This document shows positions 19,305-30,971 of a stretch of 64,000 bases of DNA, one piece after another. Under the pieces are notes generated by a model. The model did not search any database. It had not been told where the DNA came from and worked only from the letters and a program-made list of their open reading frames with translations. Position numbers and translations under genes: made by a program. The stretch spans positions 288,001-352,000 of the forward strand of contig CAWJIM010000024.1 of assembly GCA_963842945.1 (NCBI GenBank), written 5' to 3'. Position 1 is the stretch's first letter. The number at the start of each line of letters is the position of its first letter. The DNA comes from an uncultured Gemmatimonadales bacterium (lineage in GTDB: Bacteria > Gemmatimonadota > Gemmatimonadetes > Gemmatimonadales > GWC2-71-9).

Positions 19305-20336
19305 ATGCCGGCCGAGTGGGAGCCCCACCGCGGCACCTGGCTGAGTTGGCCCCATAAGGAAGCGTCCTGGCCGGGGAAGTTCACACCGATTCCCCGCATC
19401 TTCGCCCGCATGGTAGGTCTTCTGGCCGACCACGAGGAAGTCCATATCAACGTGGCCGGACCCGCAATGGAAGACGAAGTGCGGCGGCTTCTGTCCGATT
19501 GCGGCACTGACACCGGCAACGTGTTCTTCCACCTCCATCCTACGAACGACGCCTGGTGTCGAGATCACGGACCGATCTTCGTTCAGCGTCCGGAGGTCGA
19601 ACATCCTCAGGCCATCATCGATTGGGGGTTCAACGCCTGGGGTGGAAAGTACCCGCCGTACGATCTGGATGACGTCATACCTACCCGGATCGCCCAAGAG
19701 CTGAGCCTTCCGGTCTTCCAGCCGGGCATCGTGCTGGAGGGCGGCTCCATCGATGTGAACGGACGGGGGACCCTCCTGACCACCGAGTCCTGCCTGCTCA
19801 ACCCCAACCGCAATCCTGCGCTGACTCGCCTGGAGATCGAACAGTTTCTCCGGGCATACCTTGGCGTGCGTCACATCCTCTGGCTGGGCGACGGTATTGC
19901 CGGCGATGACACCGATGGGCATGTCGACGATCTCACCCGATTTGTCGACGATCGGACCGTGGTCACCGTTGTGGAGGAGGATCCCGCTGACGAAAACTAC
20001 GAGCCGCTCCAGGATAATCTGGAGCGGCTCCGGGGCATGACCGACCAGGACGGTCTTCCGCTGCGGGTGGTTACCTTGCCAATGCCGCGAGGCCTGTGGC
20101 ACGAGGGCCAGCGATTGCCGGCCAGCTACGCCAACTTCTACATCGCCAATGGGGTGGTGTTACTTCCCACCTATGATCCCGAGCGCGACGAAGAGGCGCG
20201 CGCCACTCTGCAGGAACTCTTTCCTTCCCGGGAAGTGGTTGGCATCGATTGCACCGATCTGGTCTGGGGACTCGGCGCCTTTCATTGCGTGACTCAACAG
20301 TGGCCGGCGGCAGCGGGGCAGACGGGAAGCGGGTAA
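19305..20336 (+). CDS. aguA: Agmatine deiminase
   Basis: MPAEWEPH, DAWCRDHGP, LEGGSI, DTDGHVD, ASYANF, GAFHCVTQQ. Confidence 0.93.
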   Translation: MPAEWEPHRGTWLSWPHKEASWPGKFTPIPRIFARMVGLLADHEEVHINVAGPAMEDEVRRLLSDCGTDTGNVFFHLHPTNDAWCRDHGPIFVQRPEVEHPQAIIDWGFNAWGGKYPPYDLDDVIPTRIAQELSLPVFQPGIVLEGGSIDVNGRGTLLTTESCLLNPNRNPALTRLEIEQFLRAYLGVRHILWLGDGIAGDDTDGHVDDLTRFVDDRTVVTVVEEDPADENYEPLQDNLERLRGMTDQDGLPLRVVTLPMPRGLWHEGQRLPASYANFYIANGVVLLPTYDPERDEEARATLQELFPSREVVGIDCTDLVWGLGAFHCVTQQWPAAAGQTGSG

Positions 20337-20411
20337 GTGGGGAAGTAACCGCGCCCGGCTGTTCTGCTGTCCCACTGCCCTGCTGCCCCGCTGCCCTGCT
20401 GCCCCGCTTCC
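20309..20411. repeat. Inverted arrays of 8-bp tandem repeats between convergent genes
   Basis: Left arm GGCAGCGG/GGAAGCGG-type units x5; right arm CTGCCC(C/T)G-type units x6. Confidence 0.7.
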
Positions 20412-20799
20412 TTACGACTTCTGCCAGGTTCCTACCAGCGCTGCCCGGCGTCCACCGCAGGTGTCCATGCCCAAGCCGGCGATGCGAAGCTCGTCCTGAT
20501 CCCGGCTCACCACATAGCGAGCGTCTCCGGTCTGGCAGGCGCTGACGGCGGTATCGGCCTTGAAGACCAGGGTGTCGCCGTTGAAGCGACCGCGTCCCTT
20601 CATGTCCACCGAATCGGGCCAGCGGGGCGAGGGAAGCATCAGCTCCACGCCGCCGTTGGAGGCCAGCTTCATGTGAACTTCGCCTTCTCCGTAGAGGTCG
20701 CGCTTCCAGGTACCGGCGTATTTGCCACCCGTCTCCGCCGCAGGAGGCGAGCAGCCCCAGCAGCAGTGTCAGGATGACAAGAGACCGCGTGCCAATCAT
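20412..20799 (-). CDS. Hypothetical lipoprotein (frameshift near 20735)
   Basis: Lipobox LLASCGG in one frame; body with two Cys in ORF 20412-20672. Confidence 0.6.
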
Positions 20800-20828
20800 C
20801 GGAACTCCTTCCTTGTGGAGGTTGCCAA

Positions 20829-22187
20829 TCAGCTCCGTGGCTGCGTCTCTGCCGTCGGTATGGGCAGAGTCGGGAAAATTACGTCGGGCGGGGGCCCCGG
20901 ACGATCGATTGCCTGAAGGTTGGCGGTCAAGCCATAACGCCGGTAGTCGATCCAGCTGTGGCCCCCTTCGTACATCAGGGAGTACCGCTTGTTGTAGAGC
21001 AGCTCGTTGATCAGTGATGCTTGATCGACCGGGCCGGCGTAGGGTGCCAGGAGTCCGGAGGTCTGCCGCACGACATTCAAATCGGTGACTGCAGGTCCCA
21101 GCTGGCTCAAGTTGATGTTGGCCTCGGCCCGCAACAGGATCAGCTCCTCGTTCTTGATGAGCGGGATCGGCGAGCTCGGACTAGGGTAGCGAATCCAGCC
21201 CAGGTCTGAGCTGAACGTCTGGATCGGAGTGGTGTTCGTTGTACCACCGGACCGGGGAGGCCGCTTCACCAGCTTGTTCAGGAAGCGCTGGTCCAAAGCT
21301 CCTCCCGGTTGCAGTTGCGCCTGAGTTTCCAGCGTCGGGTGCCCAAAGTTCTCGCTGGTCTGCGAGCTCACCGCGAGCGGATTCGTCACGTCACCCGCGC
21401 CGGTGCCGAAGTCCATGTAGACCCCAAGGTCCATCGGTGCCGCGGGATCCAGGAACGATTCGCCGAGGAACGTGAGTGCCCCGGCGTAATCCCCGCGGTA
21501 GACAGCCACCCGGGCGCGCAGGGCGCGATTGAACTTGAGGAAGGTTGCTGGAGTGTCGAACCCGGCGAATCCCGACGGCAGAGTAAACGGAAATGCCGCT
21601 CCCACCAGCTCGGCCACGCTCTGATCGAGCAAGGCAATTACATGATTCCAGGCCTCCGCGTTACTGACGAAGGGAGCCGGAGGTGCGCTGGCATCGCGGC
21701 CCACGTCGATCGGAATCTGATCCTGGGTATGGGAATCCAGGATGATCATGAAGTTGTAGGCCTGGAGCGTATGGGCAAAGCCGCTGGTGGCGCTTTGTTG
21801 CTCTGGCGTCAATGAGCTGGCAGTGGTAATGACCGCCAGGAGGTCGTTGGCACTGCGGATGGCCGAATACGGCTCCAGCCAGTGGTCGCCGCCAAAGGCG
21901 CGGCTACCCGGGTCAAGGGGGCCCTGCATCATCTCCTGTACGAATCGCGTATCGGCTGGGTCGATGCGGAACGCCTCTCGGCCCCAGATGGCGGCATCGA
22001 GCGCCCAGTCGGCCACATCCTGACGGGTGGCGATCAGGATGCCGTTGGCCGCCGCGCCGACCTGAGCGGCCGAAGGGTTTTCTCCGATGACCGCGGGGCT
22101 ATTGGGATTGGCAATGTCGAAGTCGCACCCGCCGACTCCGACCAGAGCGAGAACCGGCAGCAGTCTGCTGAGAGTGGTCGGTGTCAT
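20829..22187 (-). CDS. RagB/SusD family outer-membrane lipoprotein
   Basis: Lipobox GGC; PLIKNEELILLRAEA; YSLMYEGGHSWIDYRRYG. Confidence 0.9.
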   Translation of the reverse strand: MTPTTLSRLLPVLALVGVGGCDFDIANPNSPAVIGENPSAAQVGAAANGILIATRQDVADWALDAAIWGREAFRIDPADTRFVQEMMQGPLDPGSRAFGGDHWLEPYSAIRSANDLLAVITTASSLTPEQQSATSGFAHTLQAYNFMIILDSHTQDQIPIDVGRDASAPPAPFVSNAEAWNHVIALLDQSVAELVGAAFPFTLPSGFAGFDTPATFLKFNRALRARVAVYRGDYAGALTFLGESFLDPAAPMDLGVYMDFGTGAGDVTNPLAVSSQTSENFGHPTLETQAQLQPGGALDQRFLNKLVKRPPRSGGTTNTTPIQTFSSDLGWIRYPSPSSPIPLIKNEELILLRAEANINLSQLGPAVTDLNVVRQTSGLLAPYAGPVDQASLINELLYNKRYSLMYEGGHSWIDYRRYGLTANLQAIDRPGPPPDVIFPTLPIPTAETQPRS

Positions 22188-22189
22188 GG

Positions 22190-25166
22190 TCAGAACCCCA
22201 AGTCGATCGAGAAGAAGAAGCTGCGACTCGGCGGGAACGGTGCCACATCGATATTCCGCACGATCGCTTGGTTGGCGAAGTTGCTCACCTCCGGGTCCAG
22301 CCCGCGATAGGGCGTGAACCGCAGGAGGTTCCGACCGGTCACCGACAGGCGGGCGTAGCGCACTCCACCCCCAAACAGCCGGCTGGTAAACGACTCGGGG
22401 ACGTTATAGGAGAGATTCAGCTCTCGCAGCTTCAGATACGATCCGTCCTGGACATAGGCATCGGTGAAACCTGCGCCTAAGCGATTGGTCCGGTCCGCCC
22501 CACCACCAGGCTCGAGATAATCCTTGCTGTTTAAGGAGATATCGTACAGGAACTCGGTCAGGTTGATGATATCCCCGCCTTATTTCCAGTCGAACAGGAA
22601 TCCCAGCGTAAACCGGTGGAAGTCGATGTCATTGGAGAAGGACATCTGAAAGTCCGGATTGGCATCTCCCACTTTGCCTGCGATCGGATTCCCCGCCGCA
22701 TCAGTCCCGATGATGCCAAAAATCTGCGTCGGCGAGCTGTCCTGCTCGATCTGGAACGTTCCCAGCGAAAGAGCAAAACCGCCGGTCTGGAAGGGCGGGA
22801 CGTTCAGCTCGGTGATCTTGGCTTTATTGGCAAAGAACGTGGTGCGGAAGATCCAGTTGATGTCCCGGCTCTGTACCGGCTGCAGGGTGAGCGAGGCCTC
22901 GACCCCTCGGTTCCGCATCCTGCCGCCGTTGCCAAAGATCCGGAGCTCCTGGCCCACCGAGGGGGCCACGGTTTGCTCCAGGATCAGATCCCGTATGTTG
23001 CGCTGGTAGACCGTCATGGTCAGCTCGGCCCGCCCACGTATAAACGTGGCATCGAACCCGCCCTCGAACTCGTCCTGTCGCTCCGGCTTGATGGTGGGAT
23101 CACCCGCGCGGTTTCCGATGTAAGTGCCGAATTGCCCCCGATGGTTCCGGTGGTGTCGGTGACGAACTTGGCGCCAAAGAGCGCCCGGTTTCCGGTCTGG
23201 CCGTAGGCACCCCGGAGCTTGAACTCCTCTACACCCCCGAAGGGCTCCACAAACCGGTAGGAGGCCGCGGCCTTGGGATAAAGGAAGAACTTCTCGGTGT
23301 CGCCGTTGGCGCTGCTCCGGTCGGCTCGAACGCCACCGGTAAGCAGTAAACGGCGATCGGCCAGCAACACCTCTTCCTGCGCGAAAATGCCGAGGTCCCG
23401 CACCGGCTCGATGCGGGATGAAACCGACTGGCTCGTCGTCTGCTGGACGTTCTCCTGACCCGAGAGCAGGGTGCGTCCCAGAACCTGGGTGGCATTCAGC
23501 TTTCGGTCTTCGTACTGAATTCCCGCCCGAGGTGGTCAACTGGGTTCCCTCCTCCGAGCCGGACGAGTTGTAGATGTGACTCATGTTGAGGGCGCGTTCA
23601 GGTTCCGGTTGGATGACCTGCTGGTCACCACGGTTCCAGGCTGGCCATCCGCATTCTCGTACTGCAGCTCGGGCGGCGACACCAGGTCGTTGTCCTGCTG
23701 GAAGTAATCCACGCCTCCGATGCCGATAAACTGCAGCGTGCTCTTGGCCGACTGAAACGGCGTCCATCGCAGCGTGCTGGTACCCAGGATCCGCCAGACG
23801 TCCTCCTCGTTGGTGAGCAGGGAGAAGGTCTGCAGCGGATTGCTGGCGCTAAAGGCATTGACCGGGAAGTCGGCCGCCGTGACGTCTTCGTGAATCCCGC
23901 TGCCCGGCATGCAGGTTCTGGAAGCTCGGCGTGGCCGAGAACGCGACGAAGGGGCTGGTGCTGGAGTTGTCGTTGTTGGAGAGTCCCCGCTCGGACATGC
24001 TGTGCGTGCCATCCAGATTGACCTGAAGCTGGAAGCCATTCCCCAGCACCTGGTCCAGATTGGAGCGAATCGACTGTTTCTTGTAGCCGGTGTTGATCGC
24101 AATGCCCTCGTCGTTCATGAACAAGCCGGACACATAGTACTTGGTGTTCTCGGTCCCGCCGCTCACACTGGCATTGGTCTCATAGGACAGGGCCGTTCGG
24201 CCATACAGCTCGTCCTCGAAGTTGAAGGATGTTCCCGGCTGGAATGCGGCGGTAACCGCAGCGGTGTCGCTGAACACCGAAAGCGCTTCGTCCAGAGCTG
24301 CCGAAGGTGCGGGATCCCAGCTCATTGGCCCGGGTGTGGGTTCCAAATTTCTGAGACAACGTGAACTGCGGCTTGCCGACCTGGCCCCGCTTGGTGGTGA
24401 TGACGACCACGCCATTGGTGGCCTTGGACCCGTAGATCGCCGCCGCCGACCCACCTTTCAGCACCTCGATTCGCTCGATGTCCTCGGGATTCAGGTCGGC
24501 AATCCGGTTGACCGGGTTGTCCTGGTTCCGGGGATTGCCGCCGCACTGGGCACAGCTGACGGCGTTCTGTCCATTGGGAATCGCGGCGTTGCTGACCACG
24601 ATCCCATCCACCACGTACAAGGGGTCCACGCTGGCGTTGATGGTCGAGACGCCGCGGAGGTTGAGCTGATACCCGCCGCCGGGCGCACCGGAGTTCGCCT
24701 GGATGTAGGCCCCCGGAATCTTGCCCTGTAGCGCACTCTCGAGGGTGGGAGCCGGCGCCCGGTTCAGCTCACTCGAGGAGACGGTTGCCACGGCGTTGGG
24801 CAGGTTTTGACGCTCCTGGCCGGTGGCCTGCCCGGTGATGACGATCTCCTCCAGGTTGAACGGGTCGGGCTCTAGAGCGAAGTCCGCCGTCGGTTGCGAT
24901 GCCGGAACGGCGATCTGTTGCCGCTTGTAGCCGATGGCCCGGACCACGAGGCTGACGTCACCCGCCGGCGCATTGAGGACGTAGTTCCCCTGGTTGTTGG
25001 TCCCGGCCACGATACTGGTTCCGCTGACAGAGACCGTTGCCTCGGGGACTCCCCCTTGAGTTTGAGTATTGGTTACCCGCCCGCTGATCTGGCGGACTTG
25101 TCCCACAGCGAGCTGAGCGCTGAGGAGCGAGAAAAACACGGACGTGCCGCACACGCGCAATGCCAT
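22190..25166 (-). CDS. SusC/RagA family TonB-dependent transporter (several frameshifts, one in-frame TAA at 22580)
   Basis: N-terminal CarboxypepD_reg domain, plug motif DLNPEDIERIEVLKGGSAAAIYGSKATNGVVVITTKRG, IKPER, DGSYLKLRE and C-terminal ...SIDLGF. Confidence 0.88.
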
Positions 25167-25338
25167 GGCGCCTCCGAGGTGATGACCACATCGAGTCTGT
25201 GAAAGTTGGTACTACAGTGCATCAGGCCCCATTACCGCGCAAGGAGCCTGAACATCACCCCACTCGGCACAACCTCGTAACGGGTGCCACACGGTCAGAG
25301 CCGCGAGGCCGCGGGTGACATATCTCAGGCGGGCTGAA

Positions 25339-26573
25339 TTACGCCGTTGGATGATGACCAGAGAGACACCGCCCACACCAGTCATGACGCACGCGTTCGG
25401 CCGCAGATGGTAGAGCCACTGGTCGGGATCCGAAGCATCCAGCACTGCAAAGTCGGCCTGTTTTCCTGGCTCCAGCGAGCCGACAGCGTGCTCGAGCCCG
25501 ACCGCCCGTGCCGCATGGATGGTGGCTCCCTTCAGCGCCTCCGCCGGTGTCATCCGCAGCAGCGTACAGGCGAGCGTCAGCGTAAAGGGGAGGTGAAAGG
25601 AGGGAGCGGAGCCGGGATTGAAATCCGTCGCGATTGCCACCGGAACGCCGACCTCTATCAGTCGGCGGGCCGGAAGCGGAGGCTGGTTCAGGTACACCGT
25701 CGCCAGCGGCAAGCCCACTGCCACCACTCCTGCTCCGGCCATGCGCGCGGATGCCGCCTTCAGAGATGAACTCCAGGTGATCGGCCGAGACGGCACCCAC
25801 CTCGACCGCAAGCTCAGCTCCACCGCCGGAGGTCAGCTGGTCGGCGTGGAGTTTGGCCCGGAGACCCTGCGCGCCCGCGGCCCGAAGGATCTGCCTGGCT
25901 TCGGTCACGGTGTACGCTGAATCTTCGACGAACACATCGCAGAAGGCGGCCAGCCGCTCGCGCGCCACCCGCGGGATCATCCGCTCAATGAGGAGCTCGA
26001 GATATTCCGCTCGCCGCTCCCGGAACTCAGGGGGAACCACATGAGCACCGAGGAAAGTGGGCACCACCCGAACCGGCTGCTCCGCTGCCAGCCGCCGATA
26101 GACCCGGAGTAGCTTGAGCTCATTCTCCTCGTCCAGCCCGTATCCGCTCTTGCATTCAACGGTGGTGATGCCCAACGCGAGCATCTCCCGCAGAAACCCC
26201 TTCGCGCGGTGTCACGAGGTGGTCTTCGCCGGCGGCACGGGTGGCTCGGACGGTAGAGAGGATTCCACCTCCGGAGCGGGAGATCTCCAGATAGCTCCGG
26301 CCCTGGATCCTTTGGACGAACTCGTCCGCCCTCCAGCCGGCAAACGCTAAATGCGTGTGGCAGTCGATGAGGCCGGGAATAACCAACCTGCCGCCGGCAT
26401 CGATCCGTTCGGCGATGGTATAAGCATCCGGAAGGTCCCGTTCGGGTGCCGACCCAGGAGATCCGCCCGTGGGCGTCCCAGGCCATGGCAGCATCGGAGA
26501 TGACGTGCGTGTCGCCCTGCCCGCCTTCGGCGCGACAGGTGGCGAGCTGGCCGATATTTGCGAGGACCTTCAT
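25339..26573 (-). CDS. hutI: Imidazolonepropionase (frameshifted; 3' end approximate)
   Basis: [46 protein letters not shown]. Confidence 0.88.
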
Positions 26574-26587
26574 GGAGGAGCTTATGG

Positions 26588-28267
26588 TCAACCGCTCACG
26601 TCGTTCACCATGGGCAGATCGACGCCCCGCTCCTTTGCCGTTTCGATGGCCAGATCGTACCCGGCATCGGCATGGCGCATCACTCCGGTACCGGGATCGG
26701 CGGTAAGAACCCGGCGGAGCCTTCGGTCGGCTACGTCGGTCCCATCGGCCACAGCCACCATGCCGGCATGAATGGAATAGCCGATGCCAACGCCACCGCC
26801 GTGGTGAAGCGAGACCCAGCTGGCGCCACAGGCGGTATTCAGCAGCGCATTCAGCAGCGGCCAATCGGCGATCGCATCGGAGCCATCCTTCATTCCCTCC
26901 GTCTCGCGATTGGGTGAGGCCACCGATCCGGTGTCCAGGTGATCCCGACCGATCACGATCGGAGCGCGCACCCGTCCAGTTTTGACCAGCCAGTTGAAGC
27001 GCTCGCCCATCTCGGCGCGCTCGCCGTACTCCAGCCAGCAGATCCGGGCGGGCAACCCCTGGAACGCGACCCGCTGCTGGGCCTGCCGGATCCAGCGTGC
27101 CAGTCCTTCCTTCTGAGGGAAGGTGTCCAGCACGGCCTGGTCGGTTGCGGCGATGTCGGCAGGATCTCCCGAGAGTGCAACCCAGCGAAACGGGCCGGCA
27201 CCCCGGCAGAAGAGTGGTCGGATGAACTCCGGCACAAAGCCGGGAATGTCGAAGGCCGACTGCATGCCACGGTGGTCGGCCACCTGTCCGCGAAGATTGT
27301 TGCCGTAATCGAACACCACGGCTCCGCGGGCCTGGAGATCCAGCATGGCCTGCACATGCACCGCCATCGAATCGAGGACCTTGGCTTCGTAGGCCTGCGG
27401 GTCCGCCTCGCGAAGCTGGCCGGCCTGCTCCAGATCGAGGCCGGTCGGGATGTAGCCCAGCCTGAGATCGTGCGCCGAGGTCTGGTCCGTCACCACATCG
27501 GGAACAACCCCACGGCGAAGCAGCTCGGGCAGCACTTCGGCGATGTTCCCGACCAAGCCAACCGAGAGCGCCTGCCCTCGCGCCCGGGCCGACTCGACCT
27601 GCTGGAGGGCGGTGTCCAGGCTGGTCTCCAATCGGTCGCAGTATCGGGTAGCGACCCGCCGGCGAATCCTCTCCTCGTCAACGTCTACCCCTAAAAAGGC
27701 GGCGCCGTTCATGGTGGCTGCCAGCGGCTGCGCCCCACCCATGCCGCCCAGTCCGCCGGTCACCACCAGCCGGCCCTTCAGGGTGCCCCCGAAGTGCTGT
27801 CGGGCGCATTCGGCGAAGGTCTCGTAGGTGCCCTGCAGAATTCCCTGAGTTCCGATGTAGATCCAGGAGCCGGCGGTCATCTGGCCATACATGGTGAGGC
27901 CCAGGGCTTCGAGCCGGCGGAACTCGTCCCAGGTGGCCCACCGTGGCACCAGGTGAGCGTTGGCGATCAGGACGCGAGGCGCCTCTTCGTGAGTGGTAAA
28001 CACGCCGACCGGCTTCCCGCTCTGAACCAGCAGCGTCTCGTCGTTCCCCAGACGGCGAAGCGTGGCGACGATGCGCTCGTAGCATTCCCAGTTGCGGGCG
28101 GCCTTCCCTCCTCCGCCGTACACGATGAGCTCATCCGGCCGCTCTGCCACCGCGGGATCCAGGTTGTTCATGAGCATCCGAAGGGCGGCCTCCTGGTGCC
28201 AACCACGGCAGGAGAGGGCCGATCCTCTCGGGGCAGAGATCTGATGGGGCTGCGTCAGCATCGACAT
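26588..28267 (-). CDS. hutU: Urocanate hydratase
   Basis: [57 protein letters not shown]. Confidence 0.96.
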   Translation of the reverse strand: MSMLTQPHQISAPRGSALSCRGWHQEAALRMLMNNLDPAVAERPDELIVYGGGGKAARNWECYERIVATLRRLGNDETLLVQSGKPVGVFTTHEEAPRVLIANAHLVPRWATWDEFRRLEALGLTMYGQMTAGSWIYIGTQGILQGTYETFAECARQHFGGTLKGRLVVTGGLGGMGGAQPLAATMNGAAFLGVDVDEERIRRRVATRYCDRLETSLDTALQQVESARARGQALSVGLVGNIAEVLPELLRRGVVPDVVTDQTSAHDLRLGYIPTGLDLEQAGQLREADPQAYEAKVLDSMAVHVQAMLDLQARGAVVFDYGNNLRGQVADHRGMQSAFDIPGFVPEFIRPLFCRGAGPFRWVALSGDPADIAATDQAVLDTFPQKEGLARWIRQAQQRVAFQGLPARICWLEYGERAEMGERFNWLVKTGRVRAPIVIGRDHLDTGSVASPNRETEGMKDGSDAIADWPLLNALLNTACGASWVSLHHGGGVGIGYSIHAGMVAVADGTDVADRRLRRVLTADPGTGVMRHADAGYDLAIETAKERGVDLPMVNDVSG

Positions 28268-28357
28268 AGGGCGCTCTGGAGATGGCCGGATCAAGGCTAG
28301 CCTTTCGCAGAATGGCCTGCAACCTTTTGGGCCGCCGTACGATCCAATCCCCCCGCG

Positions 28358-28930
28358 ATGACCGAACTCGGCCTGGGAGTGGCGACTCTGGAGCACGAAC
28401 CGACCGGCAGGACCGATCCGGATGCAGTGGACGCCACGCTCGCCGCCAGCGGAGATGCCAGTGCGTTCGAGCGGCTGTACCGGACGCACGTGCCCAAGGT
28501 GTACGGACTGATTCGCCGCATGCTCAACGACGACGATGCAGATGAAGTCGCCCAGGACATTTTCGTACGGGCCTGGCAGAAGCTCGGCACCTTTCGGGGC
28601 GAGGCCGCGTTTGGAACCTGGCTTCACCGACTGGCGGTAAACGTGATCCTGGCCCGGAGGGAGACGTTGGGCACCCGGCGCAAGCGGTACGTGGAGGGCG
28701 ACATGGTGCTGGAGACGGTTCCCAGCCGCCGGGCCACACCGGAGATGTCGATGGATTTCGAGGCAGCCATGGAGCGGCTGCCCGATGGAGCCCGGGAGGT
28801 GTTCGTGCTACACGATGTAGAGGGCTACCGTCATGAGGAGATTGCCCAGATGCTCGGCCTTGCTACCGGCACGTCCAAATCCCAGCTGCATCGTGCGCGA
28901 ATGGCGCTGCGTCAGCATCTGGAGCGCTGA
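28358..28930 (+). CDS. ECF sigma-70 factor
   Basis: [42 protein letters not shown]. Confidence 0.92.
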   Translation: MTELGLGVATLEHEPTGRTDPDAVDATLAASGDASAFERLYRTHVPKVYGLIRRMLNDDDADEVAQDIFVRAWQKLGTFRGEAAFGTWLHRLAVNVILARRETLGTRRKRYVEGDMVLETVPSRRATPEMSMDFEAAMERLPDGAREVFVLHDVEGYRHEEIAQMLGLATGTSKSQLHRARMALRQHLER

Positions 28931-28939
28931 GGAGGAATC

Positions 28940-29638
28940 ATGACCCAGGATCCCTGGACCGATCGGCTGTCGGAATACCTCGACGGAGAGCTGCCCGAAT
29001 GGGAGCGGCATGCGCTCGAGTCGCACCTCGAGAGCTGCGCCGAATGCTCGCTGATCGTGTCCGATCTTCGGCGGGTGGTGCGCCGCGCGCGTACGCTCAA
29101 GAATCCTCCTCCGGCCACCGATCTCTGGCCCGGCATTGCCGCTCGAATCGGGGCAGGGATATCCAAGTCTCAGGACGTGGTGGATCTCGGCGCTCAGCGC
29201 CGAGTGCGCCGCCGCTGGGCGTTCTCCCTGCCTCAGCTTGCTGCGGCCAGCATTGCCTTGATGACCGTTTCGGGCGGAGCCGTCTGGTTCATGAGCGGGA
29301 CTGCCCGCCAGTCGGTGGTGTCAGCTCCCGCCCCGTCGAGCCCGCCCGAGGGCACTCCCGCCGTCAGCGTGGCAATGAAGCCCAATGCCTCTCAAAGCTA
29401 TGCCGCTGCCGTGGCCGACCTGGAGCGGGTGCTGGCCGAGGGGCGGGGCAAGCTCGACTCCACCACGGTCAGGATCATCGAACAAAATCTGGCCGCCATC
29501 GATCGGGCCATTGCTGAGGCACAGCGCGCACTCGACGCCGACTCAGCCAACCTGTACCTCAACACTCACCTGGCCGAAACGATGCGGCGTAAACTGGACC
29601 TGCTGCGCCAGGCCGCCGCCCTCGTTCCGGTGAGCTGA
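28940..29638 (+). CDS. Zinc-finger (ZAS) anti-sigma factor
   Basis: LSEYLDGEL, HLESCAEC (HxxxCxxC), one TM helix. Confidence 0.88.
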   Translation: MTQDPWTDRLSEYLDGELPEWERHALESHLESCAECSLIVSDLRRVVRRARTLKNPPPATDLWPGIAARIGAGISKSQDVVDLGAQRRVRRRWAFSLPQLAAASIALMTVSGGAVWFMSGTARQSVVSAPAPSSPPEGTPAVSVAMKPNASQSYAAAVADLERVLAEGRGKLDSTTVRIIEQNLAAIDRAIAEAQRALDADSANLYLNTHLAETMRRKLDLLRQAAALVPVS

Positions 29639-29650
29639 AAGGATCTCCAC

Positions 29651-30553
29651 GTGCTGTTCGCCCTCCTGACCGGTACCCTGGCGCTGTCACCCATTGTCCA
29701 GGCGGATACCACGCTCAACGCGGTGCGGGGTCAGCGCCTGGACGTCAATGCCTATGCGGGCGAGGTCACGGTGCGCGCGTGGAACAGAAACGCGGTTCGG
29801 ATCGAGGCCAGTGGCGCCGATCAGGATCAGCTCGAGATTTCCAGCAGCGCGACCGCCATCAGTATTCGGACCCATGGGCGACACGGCCCTCCCGAGGAGA
29901 TCACGCTTCGGATCAGCGCGCCCGCCTGGATCACGCTCAGCCTGAGTGGGGTCAATACCAACGCCAAGGTCGAAGGGATCCGGGCACCCATCTCGGTCGA
30001 GACGGTCGAGGGCGAAGTGGATGTCACCGGTGGGGAGAGCCTGATCTCGCTGCGTTCGGTTCAGGGGTCGGTCCGGCTGCGGGGAGCCAAAGGCCGGATC
30101 AACGTGAACTCGGTGAACGAGGACGTGGAAGTAGCGAACAGCTCCGGCGATGTCGCGGCCCAAACGGTAAACGGAGAGATCCTGCTGCAGGGGGTAAATG
30201 CTTCGAGCGTGGATGCCAACACGGTGAACGGCGACATCTCCTACTCCGGTCCGATCAGGAGCGGCGGCCGCTATGCGCTCTCAACCCATAACGGAGACCT
30301 GACACTGACCGTACCGGAGGGGACGAGTGCCGGGGTGACGGTTTCCACCTTCAGCGGCGATTTCGAGTCCGAATTCCCGGTCCCCCTGCGGGGCACCCGG
30401 AAAGGGAAAGGGTTCAACTTCACTCTGGGCTCGGGCAGCGCGCAGGTCACCCTCGAGTCGTTCCAGGGGACCATCCAGCTGGTTCGTCCGGGGAGCGAAG
30501 AAGACCCGGCCCGCCGTAAGCGAGACCATGACCGGGATCATGACGAAGACTAG
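29651..30553 (+). CDS. DUF4097 beta-strand repeat protein
   Basis: Signal peptide and repeated TVNGD/TVEGE/SVQGS motifs. Confidence 0.85.
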   Translation: MLFALLTGTLALSPIVQADTTLNAVRGQRLDVNAYAGEVTVRAWNRNAVRIEASGADQDQLEISSSATAISIRTHGRHGPPEEITLRISAPAWITLSLSGVNTNAKVEGIRAPISVETVEGEVDVTGGESLISLRSVQGSVRLRGAKGRINVNSVNEDVEVANSSGDVAAQTVNGEILLQGVNASSVDANTVNGDISYSGPIRSGGRYALSTHNGDLTLTVPEGTSAGVTVSTFSGDFESEFPVPLRGTRKGKGFNFTLGSGSAQVTLESFQGTIQLVRPGSEEDPARRKRDHDRDHDED

Positions 30554-30971
30554 CCCACTACCTGCACTAAACCGTCGCATTTTGACGGGCTCTGCTCCGG
30601 GGGTGAGAACCGGCACACTCCCGTCCAGGAACCGGGCAGATTTGTAACACCGGCGATACAAACCTCTCGACAACACGGCTTACACTCAAGATTCAGACTG
30701 AGCCGCCGGCTTCGTACCTCGCTCCGGTTCTGTTGCCTAAGCGATTATTCGCTCGCCATTTAGCTCGCCGGACCTTACCTAGCTCTCTATGACCTGGGGA
30801 TGAGCTCCGGGTTGACAGCAGCGGGGTGCAACCCCCGTCGGGTCGGCTCCGAAAGATGGGGCAAGCTGTAAAGAAATCGGCGGCTGGTGGACGGTACAAA
30901 GCCGGGCACGTGTCTTGTACTTCGGGCTGATCGGTAGTCCCAGACCGAACCTCAGCCCGGAGTCTCGAGCA

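Noticed and set aside
22580..22582. In-frame stop in susC (FDWK*GGDII) as a recoding site
   Set aside because: It is TAA, not TGA or TAG, with no evident recoding signal; a base-call substitution or nonsense mutation is more likely.
30790..30910. c-di-GMP-I riboswitch
   Set aside because: GAAA and CAAAGCC-like fragments are present, but I could not build the P1/P2 consensus; kept only as an unassigned leader.
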